This document shows positions 19,001-27,961 of a DNA stretch of 33,688 nucleotides, piece after piece. Position 1 is the first letter of the stretch, and each line of letters starts with the position of its first letter. A program made the position numbers and the translations under genes. The notes below the pieces were generated by a model that saw nothing but the letters and a program-made list of their open reading frames with translations, searched no databases and was not told the origin of the DNA. The DNA comes from a virus (Duplodnaviria > Caudoviricetes), in the IMG/VR virus record IMGVR_UViG_3300032884_000230, positions 1-33,688 of that record. One strand, 5' to 3'.

Positions 19001-19512
19001 TATCCATATAAACCACCTTTAGGATATTTTGCATTTTTTGAATACTCATTTCTTTGTTCTGCACTTCCATCAGTTTTATCAAAAAAATGGTCATCGGGTT
19101 CGGCGTCTAATTTATAAAATGGACGTGCTCCACCAATATAAATAAAATAAACTCTTCCTTCAGCAGGAGTAGGCGGTGTAAAAATCCAATTTGGCATTTT
19201 GTTTATTGTGCCTTCTTTTTTAGCAATTGCTACTTTTGCAATCCAATCATTATATTTATACGAAAGTCCTATTCTCCAATCTGATTGTATAAATTGAGAA
19301 AGATAAAGAATTTCTTCTGTATCAATTTGAATAGGAGTTCTTACTTTGGTTGCTTTTAATTCGCCACCTTTTTCTTGTACAGTTTGGTCTTTTGCCATTT
19401 CTTTATAAACAGCAAATTCATCTTGATTTTCAATTGAATTTTTAGAATAAATTCTTTCTAGAATTTTTTCATTTTCTCTTTGACAGTGATAATCATAAAA
19501 ATTAAGCCACAT
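16093..19512 (-). CDS. 1139-aa Lys/Glu-rich hypothetical protein with a zinc ribbon
   Basis: CVDC..CPIC; coiled-coil segments; SD GAGGA; no polymerase motif seen. Confidence 0.75.
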   Translation of the reverse strand: MWLNFYDYHCQRENEKILERIYSKNSIENQDEFAVYKEMAKDQTVQEKGGELKATKVRTPIQIDTEEILYLSQFIQSDWRIGLSYKYNDWIAKVAIAKKEGTINKMPNWIFTPPTPAEGRVYFIYIGGARPFYKLDAEPDDHFFDKTDGSAEQRNEYSKNAKYPKGGLYGYDLSNPVLKKIKNVNNKKSKLEKGEEQWIFDSLPGMTRAIAGRIISRFLRRNAEGWNILSEPFSGNEFATEQQKQNFINFPRSEPAPGQKPRGAKNKTESNEFPVLPQNVIEKVFNNHPIFGNSARLKALESIDEKELNKQGLTKNEWMCVDCRKSFSNQAKTQCPICKSTNTKTNILHNHISTMAYGSKNANGIGKRTYPILIKRKLVHVDSMIPYMKPQRIIQLYDWIKYEPKTKKFYKPTIDRNGKEVQPEPLFQKIQIVRNGLSNITTFYKKVRETSTTDSENKIKEIDGVENKKLSEKNKIIVYKQLGIDLAEIWVSLELQKLIRQNQITIGDEEAFKILVQNYLQNLKQKTYKLISTIKTGDLYDANIYNRQRTFRKNTFNVNLAANCGWIPMHDDKEESSGTQEFVDKWNDKLIKFFGQDDNALKATSDKVQYLVGPLYYEKDSAELKEITKKLTKIEKTNIKLTIKKDQLPPESNEYKKAISEIEKNNKQIEVLKLQQIYKFSPSPIAKGIQDYIDGLKESGGIKKLKGEALEASFSWAMQCALKHVKANLGWPEFNRFQEAESLFLKASMSGEGNIKIAYVELETALKNLRKRLMNAGRKFTALLHQLNIGGYGTRGNIAAGERTESGNKELGDSGQGRFDLITTSKDLERRIGQRDNATDDEGQDSPENMENPWPRSLAARIKNAKELQNKITTKKYSLDWMDVYAARSVQQTYFLLNNKRIKLLKNSDDPHIKKEIEEIENNQGLNQTQKENKLEEICLRYYDKIKKEMDKQIKQQQIQCKKDVEQQEELEREERLLPTRKAREEKYGMSYDQILKGFDEKYKQELQKAQLNPGDPIPVIKSLDILAKEIHGNLADPELRKNAMAIIKKYDDKYEELLAHAYLLNPQTWILTPETIQEVLKTGHYTNKEIGVNYQIPTEILTILTNSINKPDIQARTQAMWNIRNPNKKTNPNKKTGT

Positions 19513-19534
19513 ATAATAATCCTCAATAATCTAT

Positions 19535-19960
19535 TTATGGCTTTGGTTCACCAAAATTTTTATTTAAATCTTCAGCAATTTTTTTTATAGCCTCTGTATC
19601 TAGATAAGGAGTTTTTAATTCTTGATTATTATTTTGTTCTAATTCGTCCATGATTTTCTTTTGTTCAATAAATTGCTTAATATCTTCGGAATCTTGTGGA
19701 TTATCTGGGTCTAAAACCTCTTCTTCGGCAATTGCTATTAATTGATCCTTCATAATAAACACTTTAAGTCCTTTTGTGACTTGTGTTAAAAAAATACCAT
19801 ATTCATCTATGGATTCAACAACGCCTAAGAAATAGCGATGAAGAGATGCTGGATAATTGCGAATGTCTTCTAATTTTAAATCTCTACTGCTTGTAGTTGT
19901 AAAAACACTACAAACTTTGCCAATAAAATATGTTAATTCTTTAGTGGGAAATGGTTTCAT
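19535..19960 (-). CDS. Sm/LSm-fold-like protein with acidic tail
   Basis: FIGKVCSV..YFLGVVESIDEYGIFL..VFIMKDQLIAI resembles Sm1/Sm2 strands. Confidence 0.5.
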   Translation of the reverse strand: MKPFPTKELTYFIGKVCSVFTTTSSRDLKLEDIRNYPASLHRYFLGVVESIDEYGIFLTQVTKGLKVFIMKDQLIAIAEEEVLDPDNPQDSEDIKQFIEQKKIMDELEQNNNQELKTPYLDTEAIKKIAEDLNKNFGEPKP

Positions 19961-19975
19961 ACTTTAAATTAGTAA

Positions 19976-21058
19976 TCAACCTTGTAGTTTCATTAAATTT
20001 GCATCATTTAGAGGTTTTTCATATGCTTTTAAATAATGTAAAACAATTCCAGGACTAGTTTCACAAAGCATTTTATTCCAATCTTTATAAGCTTTAGGTG
20101 GACGAACAAATCTTGGTCTCAATCCTTTTGCCCTTAAATCTAAACCCATTTTAATTAATCCTTCTTTTCCATAATCTATTCCACCAGGATCAGTATCAAG
20201 GCATAATACTGGTTGATATTGTCTAATCATTTCTATTTGCTTTTCAGATAGGTTCTTGCCGCCAAAAGCACCAGAGTATATTTCTACATCTCGTTCTTTT
20301 CCACAAATATAAATGGAAAGAGCATCAAATTCACCTTCTGTAAGATATATTTTTTTATCAGGAACTGGCCATTTTGGAACATAAAGTACGTCTTCCTTTC
20401 CAACGCCACAAGTTTTTTCAGGCCCCATGTATCTTAAGGCTAATTCGTTAGTTCCAATATAACGACTATTAAAATAAATCAAATTGCCTGTAGCGTCGTA
20501 ATAGGGGATTATAATTCTATTACGATAATTTCCAGCCGTACAGACGTAAAGCCCCTCACAAGGCATTTTACGATTAAATAAATAGACTTCTGATTGAACT
20601 CTATAATAATTATTATTGGGAAGATCTGTTATGGAATAAGTTTGAGGAGGAAGGGATATGTATTTAAATTCTGGTTCCGTTTCTTCTTCATCTTGTTCTA
20701 TTACTCTTTTTATTTGTTTTTTTGGTTTTTCTTTATTTTTATTAGCCCAAAATTCTTCAAATTGTAATTCTAAATTGCGAATAATTGAATTTTCGCCACC
20801 TAATTCAGAAAGAGCTTCTTGAAAAGTACATCCTTGTACCATCATAACTAAACTAATAAGACTTCCCTTCTTGCCAGTTTTCCAACATTGAAAACAAGGT
20901 GGCTGTCCTTTTTTCCCGCCTTTTACATTACACCATAATTTATGATTTTTATCGTCAGTAAATATAGAATTTAATTTTACTTCATCTCCAGTTATTATAA
21001 CAGAATCAAAATGATTTTCTGCCCAAGCTACAAATTTTGAAGGAGAAATAGGAATCAT
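19976..21058 (-). CDS. DNA primase (T4 gp61/DnaG-like, TOPRIM)
   Basis: N-terminal Zn-binding region FQCWKTGKKG, RIIIPY, YLTEGEFDALS, LCLDTD, KDWN. Confidence 0.92.
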   Translation of the reverse strand: MIPISPSKFVAWAENHFDSVIITGDEVKLNSIFTDDKNHKLWCNVKGGKKGQPPCFQCWKTGKKGSLISLVMMVQGCTFQEALSELGGENSIIRNLELQFEEFWANKNKEKPKKQIKRVIEQDEEETEPEFKYISLPPQTYSITDLPNNNYYRVQSEVYLFNRKMPCEGLYVCTAGNYRNRIIIPYYDATGNLIYFNSRYIGTNELALRYMGPEKTCGVGKEDVLYVPKWPVPDKKIYLTEGEFDALSIYICGKERDVEIYSGAFGGKNLSEKQIEMIRQYQPVLCLDTDPGGIDYGKEGLIKMGLDLRAKGLRPRFVRPPKAYKDWNKMLCETSPGIVLHYLKAYEKPLNDANLMKLQG

Positions 21059-21080
21059 AATAAATTTTTAAAAATTATTG

Positions 21081-21109
21081 TTTCAATAAATTCTATCTTA
21101 TGATATAAT
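21081..21109 (+). promoter_or_regulatory. Sigma70-type extended -10 promoter
   Basis: TTTCAA-17 nt-TATAAT with TG at 21101-21102, upstream of ATG 21132. Confidence 0.6.
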
Positions 21110-21131
21110 AAAAACACAATAAGGTCAACCC

Positions 21132-21947
21132 ATGAATATTGAACATCTTTCTGTAAGTAGAGCAAATTTATTTACACAATGTCAAAAGGCTTATTTATAT
21201 AAATATCATCTTAAAACAAAAACAGATGAACCAACTCCTCTTTATTTCTCTTATGGAACTATTGTTCACAGAATTGCTGAATTGTATGTCCAAAATAAAA
21301 AAAAGATTTCTTTAAAAGAAATTGCAAATCAAGTTTTAAAAGGTGAAGTTTTTCTTCAAGAATATGGTGGTAATAAAACCTATGCTGAACCATTGTCCCC
21401 AGAATATAAAAAGAAATTACCAATTCATCTTGAAGCAGTACAAAATTTAGTTAATAAAATAGGCGTAGATGGAGAAGTTGAATATAACTTTAAATTTGAT
21501 TTAGATCCACCAAATCATCGACTTTTTACAGGTGTTATTGATAGATTAATTAAAAAGAAAGACAGCTTTTGGATAATTGATTATAAAACTACAAAAGCAG
21601 GAAAGTGGCGCAAAAATGAAAAATCAATTACTAACGATCTTCAATTAAGATCATATTGTAGGGTTGTGCAAAAAGAATTTAATGTAGACGCATCAAATAT
21701 TAAAGCAGCTTTATTTTATCTTGATCCACCATCCAAGCTAATTGCTGTTAAATTTAGTAATAATACGCTTCTTAATACTGAAAAAGAATTGTTAAAAACC
21801 TATAAAACAATAGCAAGTGCAGATCCGAAAAAAGTATGGGGAAATGTTGGCAGTCATTGTTTCATGTGTGAGTTTAAGAAAATATGTCCACATGCTAAAG
21901 GTGGCAAACTACAAGAAAACAATTTAAATAAATTTGGATTATTATGA
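21132..21947 (+). CDS. PD-(D/E)XK exonuclease, RecB/Cas4-like with Fe-S cysteines
   Basis: LSVS..C..Y; GTIVH; GVIDRL; IIDYKT; QLRSY; C-terminal HCFMCEFKKICP. Confidence 0.92.
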   Translation: MNIEHLSVSRANLFTQCQKAYLYKYHLKTKTDEPTPLYFSYGTIVHRIAELYVQNKKKISLKEIANQVLKGEVFLQEYGGNKTYAEPLSPEYKKKLPIHLEAVQNLVNKIGVDGEVEYNFKFDLDPPNHRLFTGVIDRLIKKKDSFWIIDYKTTKAGKWRKNEKSITNDLQLRSYCRVVQKEFNVDASNIKAALFYLDPPSKLIAVKFSNNTLLNTEKELLKTYKTIASADPKKVWGNVGSHCFMCEFKKICPHAKGGKLQENNLNKFGLL

Positions 21948-22435
21948 TATTAACACTTAGTATAGTACACCAAATCTTTTTAACTAGAGATGAGAAATAT
22001 TTACTAATAAATGGAAGTCCAATAGAAGTTATTGGCGTTAGTTTGCCTGTTTGGTCTAGTGATACATTTACAACAGATCCAGCAGAAGAAGTTTTTTGTA
22101 AATATAAATTATTAAACAATGGTGAGCCTTATAGTGTAAATAATACGGTTGATGGTTATTTAATTACTCTTTCTTCTAAAACTAATTATAAATCACCAGT
22201 ATATCCATCTAATGAAGTTTGGCGTAATGTTCCAATTGAAAATAGAGAAGCGTGGTATGATAAAAATCAACCACCATCCACTGTTAAAAATCTTCTTGAT
22301 ATTAAAGATGGCGGAGCTTCTTATCTTAGATTTAAATATCATAAAAAAATTCAATATAAAGAACATTTTGTTAATATGTTTAATTATGTTGAAATTAAAG
22401 ATATGAAAACATTAAATGATTCTATGTGCATTTAG
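21944..22435 (+). CDS. Hypothetical protein
   Basis: 163-aa ORF, ATGA-coupled to the nuclease. Confidence 0.7.
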   Translation: MILTLSIVHQIFLTRDEKYLLINGSPIEVIGVSLPVWSSDTFTTDPAEEVFCKYKLLNNGEPYSVNNTVDGYLITLSSKTNYKSPVYPSNEVWRNVPIENREAWYDKNQPPSTVKNLLDIKDGGASYLRFKYHKKIQYKEHFVNMFNYVEIKDMKTLNDSMCI

Positions 22436-23786
22436 CTTGTGGATATGGCATAGTTGGATCTAAATCACTTGTTTTTGGATATAAAGTAAATGAAATTCCA
22501 GATTGTATTGTTATTTTATATAATGGAGTTACAGGATTGTATTGGGTATTCCATTGACATGTTGCAAGATAAGCATAATAATTTCCTGCTAGAATTGTAA
22601 AAGAATTATCTCCAAAACCAAGAGTGGAATTAAATGTATTATACTGTTTTTTCCAATTTATACCGTTTGGACATGGGGCAAATCCACCACCAGTACTAGT
22701 TGCGGGAAAATAATACCATGGTGGAGCTTGTAATTCGTATTCATATCCAATTCCTCCTCCCTCGTGCGTAAAAGGAGGAGTGAGAAATGTGACTAGACTT
22801 CCAGCAGGTGATTGTTTGTCTCCTGGGAATCGCCATGTACCACCTTGATAATGGTCTATATAAGTTATAGGTGGATCAGTTACTTTAATAATTTTTAGTA
22901 TAAAATGTGTATCATAACGATTAGTTGTTGTGCCGCCATTTGGATTGCTTTGGCATCGTCCTTTTCCATACCATTCATTATACAAAGCATCTTCATTAAT
23001 TACAATTTTTAATAATCCAGGTATTAATGTTGTTGGAACTGTACAAGTTACAGATGTTGCTGTAGAAGGGGCTGTAAATGTTGTTGTATTATTAGCTACT
23101 GCAAATGATTGTCTATTATTAGTTACAACAAGTTGTTTTTTATTAATTGAAACAATGGATTTTCTACTAGAAGATAAATTATTTTCTATAAATGATGTTG
23201 TGTTGTTAGGTGCATTATTTAAAACAACTGTTCCACTGGTATTAGGTGCATTACTCAATGTAAGTGGTATTCCTGGTGGACAGTCACATTGTGCTCTTAG
23301 CGTCAAAGACATTTTCATACTAATTTGTTCGCCACTTTGAACAGTAATAAAATTATTTAAAGGAACACTTGCAATTAATTGTCCGCTACTATCAGCAGAA
23401 GTTGCCATGAATAAATTACTTGCTGAAAAACTTCCACCAACAGCAGCAAAACTAATTACTGGGCTATAAGCTGTTGAAACGCCACTTGTAGTGATAAGTG
23501 AAAATTGACCTACAGAAGATACAGCGACTCTTGCGTACCCACTAGTATTAGGTTCATTATAAATTGTGCTTAAATTATCATTTAATGAAAGTTCATATCT
23601 TTGGTCTAATCCAAAATAATAAATAGGCGGAACCACACCATCTGTAAACATAGAACTCAAAATTACTAATTCGCCTTCATGATGTAAAATATTTGTTAAA
23701 TTATTATCTTTCCAAATAATATTGCCGTTTTTATCCAAATGTTGAATTTCAAGTATTTTTATTAAACCTTTCCAATTTTCTTTCAT
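22422..23786 (-). CDS. Putative tail/baseplate-associated virion protein
   Basis: N-terminal EP..SGYARVAV..FAAVGG module typical of tail-associated proteins; N/T-rich linker; aromatic-rich C-terminal domain. Confidence 0.6.
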   Translation of the reverse strand: MKENWKGLIKILEIQHLDKNGNIIWKDNNLTNILHHEGELVILSSMFTDGVVPPIYYFGLDQRYELSLNDNLSTIYNEPNTSGYARVAVSSVGQFSLITTSGVSTAYSPVISFAAVGGSFSASNLFMATSADSSGQLIASVPLNNFITVQSGEQISMKMSLTLRAQCDCPPGIPLTLSNAPNTSGTVVLNNAPNNTTSFIENNLSSSRKSIVSINKKQLVVTNNRQSFAVANNTTTFTAPSTATSVTCTVPTTLIPGLLKIVINEDALYNEWYGKGRCQSNPNGGTTTNRYDTHFILKIIKVTDPPITYIDHYQGGTWRFPGDKQSPAGSLVTFLTPPFTHEGGGIGYEYELQAPPWYYFPATSTGGGFAPCPNGINWKKQYNTFNSTLGFGDNSFTILAGNYYAYLATCQWNTQYNPVTPLYKITIQSGISFTLYPKTSDLDPTMPYPQAKCT

Positions 23787-23804
23787 GATAAAGTATATAG
23801 TTAT

Positions 23805-24011
23805 ATGAATATAGGTTTTAAAGAATGGTTACAATTATTTGAAGTAGGAATGGGAGGTGGCGGCGTTGGAAGTGGAATGGAACCGCCCCTCGAAAATCCA
23901 AAAATTGGAGCATTTGCTTTAAATGATCTTCATGATCCAAATAGTGACCAATTACCACCAAATAACAAACCACGAAAAAAGAAAAGAAATTCAGTGAAAT
24001 TTACAAATTAA
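23805..24011 (+). CDS. Small protein with FKEWL..E N-terminus and basic tail
   Basis: MNIGFKEWLQLFE..GGGG..KPRKKKR. Confidence 0.65.
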   Translation: MNIGFKEWLQLFEVGMGGGGVGSGMEPPLENPKIGAFALNDLHDPNSDQLPPNNKPRKKKRNSVKFTN

Positions 24012-24256
24012 AAATCATCTTCTTCTTCCTCTTCCTCGTCTTCATCATCTTCATCGTCATAATCTTCATCGTCATAATCTTCATCATCTTCATCATCTTC
24101 GTCGTCATAGTCTTCGTCATCTTCGTCATCATAATCTTCGTCATCTTCGTCATCATAATCTTCGTCATCTTCGTCCTCGTCATAATCATCTTCTTCGTCA
24201 TAATCTTCATCTTCATTATCTAAATCTGCATCATCATAATTAAAAGTACTTCTCAT
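24008..24256 (-). CDS. Hyper-acidic 82-aa protein (64 D/E)
   Basis: Strong SD AAGGAG; DDEDDEDY repeats; directly downstream of the protease gene. Confidence 0.75.
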   Translation of the reverse strand: MRSTFNYDDADLDNEDEDYDEEDDYDEDEDDEDYDDEDDEDYDDEDDEDYDDEDDEDDEDYDDEDYDDEDDEDEEEEEEDDF

Positions 24257-24266
24257 TTTTATCTCC

Positions 24267-25613
24267 TTAACTAATAAATGTTCTTAATAATTTGTTATTT
24301 GTAACTTCCCACATAGTATCTGGTCCCGGACCAATACTTTCAATAGATGTTACACACATTTGAGCAGCTTTAATAATTTCTTCATCGGTTGGTACAATTT
24401 CATGAATTAAATTTCCAAATTGATCGAATTCATAATATTTTCCTGCTGCCACCTCTATTTCGCAACTTGATAAATCATAACCTTTAATAAACATTGCTTT
24501 AATATTGTTTGGTTCTGTAATATGATCTGATAGTTTTAAAGTTCTAATTTCGTTTATAACGACAACTTCTGTTTGTCCAATTTTTGTAGTTATTCCCTTT
24601 TCAATTTGATTTGTCATGTCTTTTTTAGACGTTTGTGTTAATGATTTAATTACAGGTGATAATATTTTACGTTTAACAAATACCTTATTCATTATATCAT
24701 GATACTTGCTTCCTTCTGCCGCATCAATAGCTAACATGCTTTTTGCTAATGCTTCGTGCAACCTAACTGTGGCTGGAATTGTTAAAATGGCTTTAGCAAA
24801 ACAAGTAAAAGAAAAATCACGAGCTTTCTTTAAAGCATCCATTTTGCTTAATCCATTAGCTACTTCTTTTTCATATATTTCTATTAATATTTCATACCAA
24901 ACACCAGTAATTAATCTTCCAAAACTATGACATTCACTTGATAATTGATCATCAGGTGCCCATGATGGCAAATCTTCTGGTGCTTTAAAAACAAAATCAT
25001 TAATAGCGTTTCTTAATCCATTAAGGTTGTCTTCTCTGTTTCCTTGAGAGTGATAAATTGCATCTCCCATTTCTTCTGCCAATCTAGAAAGAACATTAGA
25101 TAATCTTAAATTGCCATTGGTTTCTTTTAATGCTTTTTCTAATGCTAAATCTGAATGCATTATTGTATTTATAGCAGTAATATCTGAATAACCTTCATGA
25201 ATTGCCCATACTTCTAATCCTTGAGTGTTCCAAAAATCTGGACGACAAGCATCTAACACTCCATGTCCTAGTTCATGAGTTACAACTTCTGATGAATTAG
25301 CAGCACAAACCATTTGTTTAGTTATAGGATTTTCTTTAAAAAAGAACTTAAGAGACTTTCTATCATAAAAAGCATTAAAATCACGTCCTGCTTTTGGATA
25401 AATTTCTAAATTACTTGTAGCAGCCCATTTTAATATAGGTAAAAATGTACTTAAATCATTAATAGCAATATCCAAAGAAGTTTTGCAATTAATGGCTTCT
25501 TGATCTTCTCCATTACAACCTTTAATAGTAAATGGAAAATTAGGACTGGATATAGTTGGAACAATGTCAACAAATAAATCGGGTGTCGAAGGATCGTTAA
25601 TTTGATATTTCAT
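24267..25613 (-). CDS. Thermolysin/fungalysin-like zinc metallopeptidase (gluzincin)
   Basis: NAFY, VVTHELGH (HExxH), third ligand HEGYSD (ExxxD), ECH; no signal peptide evident. Confidence 0.88.
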   Translation of the reverse strand: MKYQINDPSTPDLFVDIVPTISSPNFPFTIKGCNGEDQEAINCKTSLDIAINDLSTFLPILKWAATSNLEIYPKAGRDFNAFYDRKSLKFFFKENPITKQMVCAANSSEVVTHELGHGVLDACRPDFWNTQGLEVWAIHEGYSDITAINTIMHSDLALEKALKETNGNLRLSNVLSRLAEEMGDAIYHSQGNREDNLNGLRNAINDFVFKAPEDLPSWAPDDQLSSECHSFGRLITGVWYEILIEIYEKEVANGLSKMDALKKARDFSFTCFAKAILTIPATVRLHEALAKSMLAIDAAEGSKYHDIMNKVFVKRKILSPVIKSLTQTSKKDMTNQIEKGITTKIGQTEVVVINEIRTLKLSDHITEPNNIKAMFIKGYDLSSCEIEVAAGKYYEFDQFGNLIHEIVPTDEEIIKAAQMCVTSIESIGPGPDTMWEVTNNKLLRTFIS

Positions 25614-25710
25614 ATTTTTCCTTAATGTTTATTTTGCCTTATTTCTTATAATTAGTAACTTTATATTTATTTTTAAAAATATTTTTTAAAAAAATAAGAT
25701 ATATTAATTT

Positions 25711-26334
25711 ATGGAAGATAAAGAATTAAGAATTAAAGAATATCGAACTGTTGAAGCCAAAAAAAAGAATTTGATGGGACTGCATGGTAAACTTGGTTAT
25801 ATTTTATCTGCAATGGGACAACCAATAATTGCACATGCCGAAGGAGGGGGATTATTTTCACAAACATTTTTAGATGATTGGGATTATCAACCCAAAGATT
25901 CATCTAATTTACAACCAGGATCAGCAGAAGAAATAATGAAGCAAATACCAACTGCTGATACTGTATCTCATGATATTCCTGAAGGATGGGAGTGGAATTC
26001 TGATTTAGAAGCTGATATTTTTGATGAACAAGCAATAGGATGGCATTTTGATGGTTTAAGTCGCGGAATGCATATTGAAATTACTTACAAAGAAAAAGAT
26101 AAAAATTTATTGGTTTATTATAAGGGATATTTAATTTTTAAAGAACATGCAGGAGATTTGAAATCTTATGTTCCTGGTCCTGAATGGGAATTGATAATTG
26201 AAAGATTATATAAATCTTCCGTTCAAATTCTAAAAGAACGTGGAAAAATAAAATTAATAGAAAGAACAAAAAAGAACCAAGCAAAAAAAATTACTTGGCT
26301 CGCTAAATTACAAACTCGCTGGGGATTTAATTAG
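25711..26334 (+). CDS. Hypothetical protein
   Basis: 207-aa ORF with normal composition. Confidence 0.75.
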   Translation: MEDKELRIKEYRTVEAKKKNLMGLHGKLGYILSAMGQPIIAHAEGGGLFSQTFLDDWDYQPKDSSNLQPGSAEEIMKQIPTADTVSHDIPEGWEWNSDLEADIFDEQAIGWHFDGLSRGMHIEITYKEKDKNLLVYYKGYLIFKEHAGDLKSYVPGPEWELIIERLYKSSVQILKERGKIKLIERTKKNQAKKITWLAKLQTRWGFN

Positions 26335-26365
26335 ATTTAATTTCAATTCACTTCATTTACTGCTG

Positions 26366-27496
26366 TTAAAAAGGTTCAATTAAATCTATTGTTTTTAACA
26401 CATGTGGTGTTTCCATGAATTTAGATGGAGTTGCATCACTTGTGCTACTATATACGTAATTAGTCTTTTTAGCTATAAATCCTGCTGTTGCTCCACAAGG
26501 ATATTCGATAATTTGAAGTGGTCTCCCAAGTCCAGCATCTACTCCAGTAGCGTCTATTGTAATGTTTTTAAAGTTAAAAATACCAACTCTTCCAGCTAAC
26601 AATTCAAAATCTTCCTTTATATTAGAAAAAGTATAGTTAAGAAGATTGCCTTGTTTGTCTTTAGCGTTTGAAATAACTCCTATACTGGTCATTGTAGCCC
26701 AATAACCACGAGTTCCAGCAGTTACGGCTACGTTTTTACCGCATGTAAAAGTATTTGCTGTAACATTTGCTACAGTTAACGAAGTTCCATCAATTACAGC
26801 ATTAGAATCAGATTTGACAATTTCAATTAAATTGGTATTAGATAAACCATGTGCAGCCGAAGTTACTACAGCAGGATTTGCCACCGTAATAGCTTTCGTT
26901 GCTGATATAGCGTAAATTGATGGAGTTAAAAGAATTAACATTCCAACACTATCAGCATAATTAAGAGAATTAGCTATAGTATGACGAATAAAATATTCTG
27001 GTAATTCTGATAATCCCGCACGTTCGTTAAATTGAAATGCTTCTTCTGCATATCCATTAACAATATAAAATTTAAATTGCGTTACTGGACGATTTTGTCT
27101 AATTAACAACCTATTGCTTCCATCATCAAATTTTCCAATAATGGCTGTAAATAAATTGTTGAAATTAGTATTTAAATTTAAAACAACGGCTATGTCTGTT
27201 GCAGTAGCTATAGCAACATTATAAGCTGGATCATGGGCAATTAAAGCAGCATTAATGTCAATGCCCATTGTATTCCAATGTAGAAAATCAAAAGAAAAAG
27301 ATAAATATAAATAATTTCCATCTCTTCCAGTTAAATCTGTTGGATTATTAAAATCATATGGACCTTTTTTCCATGACCAAACCCCGACTTTTTCTCTTCC
27401 AGTATTGGTAGGGCAAATAAAATCTAAACTATATTGACGATCACCAAATGGCAAACTTCCTCGAAATTCTTCTGAAAATGGATTTTGAAAAAACAT
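26366..27496 (-). CDS. Putative virion structural protein with an inserted small beta domain
   Basis: ITVANPAVVTSAAHGL..VANVTANTF (FCCH-like module common in phage tail proteins); SD AGGAG. Confidence 0.65.
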   Translation of the reverse strand: MFFQNPFSEEFRGSLPFGDRQYSLDFICPTNTGREKVGVWSWKKGPYDFNNPTDLTGRDGNYLYLSFSFDFLHWNTMGIDINAALIAHDPAYNVAIATATDIAVVLNLNTNFNNLFTAIIGKFDDGSNRLLIRQNRPVTQFKFYIVNGYAEEAFQFNERAGLSELPEYFIRHTIANSLNYADSVGMLILLTPSIYAISATKAITVANPAVVTSAAHGLSNTNLIEIVKSDSNAVIDGTSLTVANVTANTFTCGKNVAVTAGTRGYWATMTSIGVISNAKDKQGNLLNYTFSNIKEDFELLAGRVGIFNFKNITIDATGVDAGLGRPLQIIEYPCGATAGFIAKKTNYVYSSTSDATPSKFMETPHVLKTIDLIEPF

Positions 27497-27546
27497 ATTC
27501 TCTCCTGATTAATTATACTATATATTAGAAGAAATAAGTATTTTAT

Positions 27547-27588
27547 AAAAAAAAGACTTCTGAAATGCTAATAGCACTCCAGAAGTCT
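27547..27588 (-). terminator. Intrinsic terminator after the WYL-like gene
   Basis: Minus strand AGACTTCTGGAGTGCTA-T-TAGCATTTCAGAAGTCT followed by a T-run. Confidence 0.88.
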
Positions 27589-27606
27589 CAAACAGAAAGA
27601 ACCACA

Positions 27607-27927
27607 TTAGACACCACGCTTGACAAGATCGATTAACGAAGCCCTCTTAAGAGTGGTTTTATTGAGCAAATTAACATCAACACGATTTCTAAGCCTACGA
27701 CCACATTGCTTGATTTTAGCAATTTTATTTTTACAATACGACTTAACTGGTGCTGTTTTGAAATTTCTAATTTCTGAACCATCTCGTAATTCAAATCCTG
27801 TTATTACACGAGAGTTTACTTCAATTATTAGCACAGTCCTACGAACTGGGTGCGTATGACTTCCACTGTAATAAAAACGAGCAACAGGTAACGAACGAAC
27901 GATTTTGTAATCTTTCTTTTCTTTCAT
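27607..27927 (-). CDS. Stand-alone WYL-like small basic protein
   Basis: ARFYY..VRRTVLI..ITGFELR..VKSYCKNKI parallels the WYL FxY..RxVxP..LxAxC..RxFRxDRI pattern; SD AAGGA. Confidence 0.55.
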   Translation of the reverse strand: MKEKKDYKIVRSLPVARFYYSGSHTHPVRRTVLIIEVNSRVITGFELRDGSEIRNFKTAPVKSYCKNKIAKIKQCGRRLRNRVDVNLLNKTTLKRASLIDLVKRGV

Positions 27928-27961
27928 GATTTTTCCTTTATTTAAGTATTAAGATGTTCAT

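Noticed and set aside
16093-19512. Virion RNA polymerase subunit or tape measure protein
   Set aside because: No DxDGD-type motif; composition is K/E-rich, not A/G-rich
21132-21947. Cas4-like gene as evidence of a CRISPR-Cas system
   Set aside because: No array or other cas genes; solo Cas4/RecB-like nucleases are common in phages
24001-24216. 71-aa M/K/T-rich ORF
   Set aside because: Alternate frame of the acidic repeat; the acidic frame has the SD
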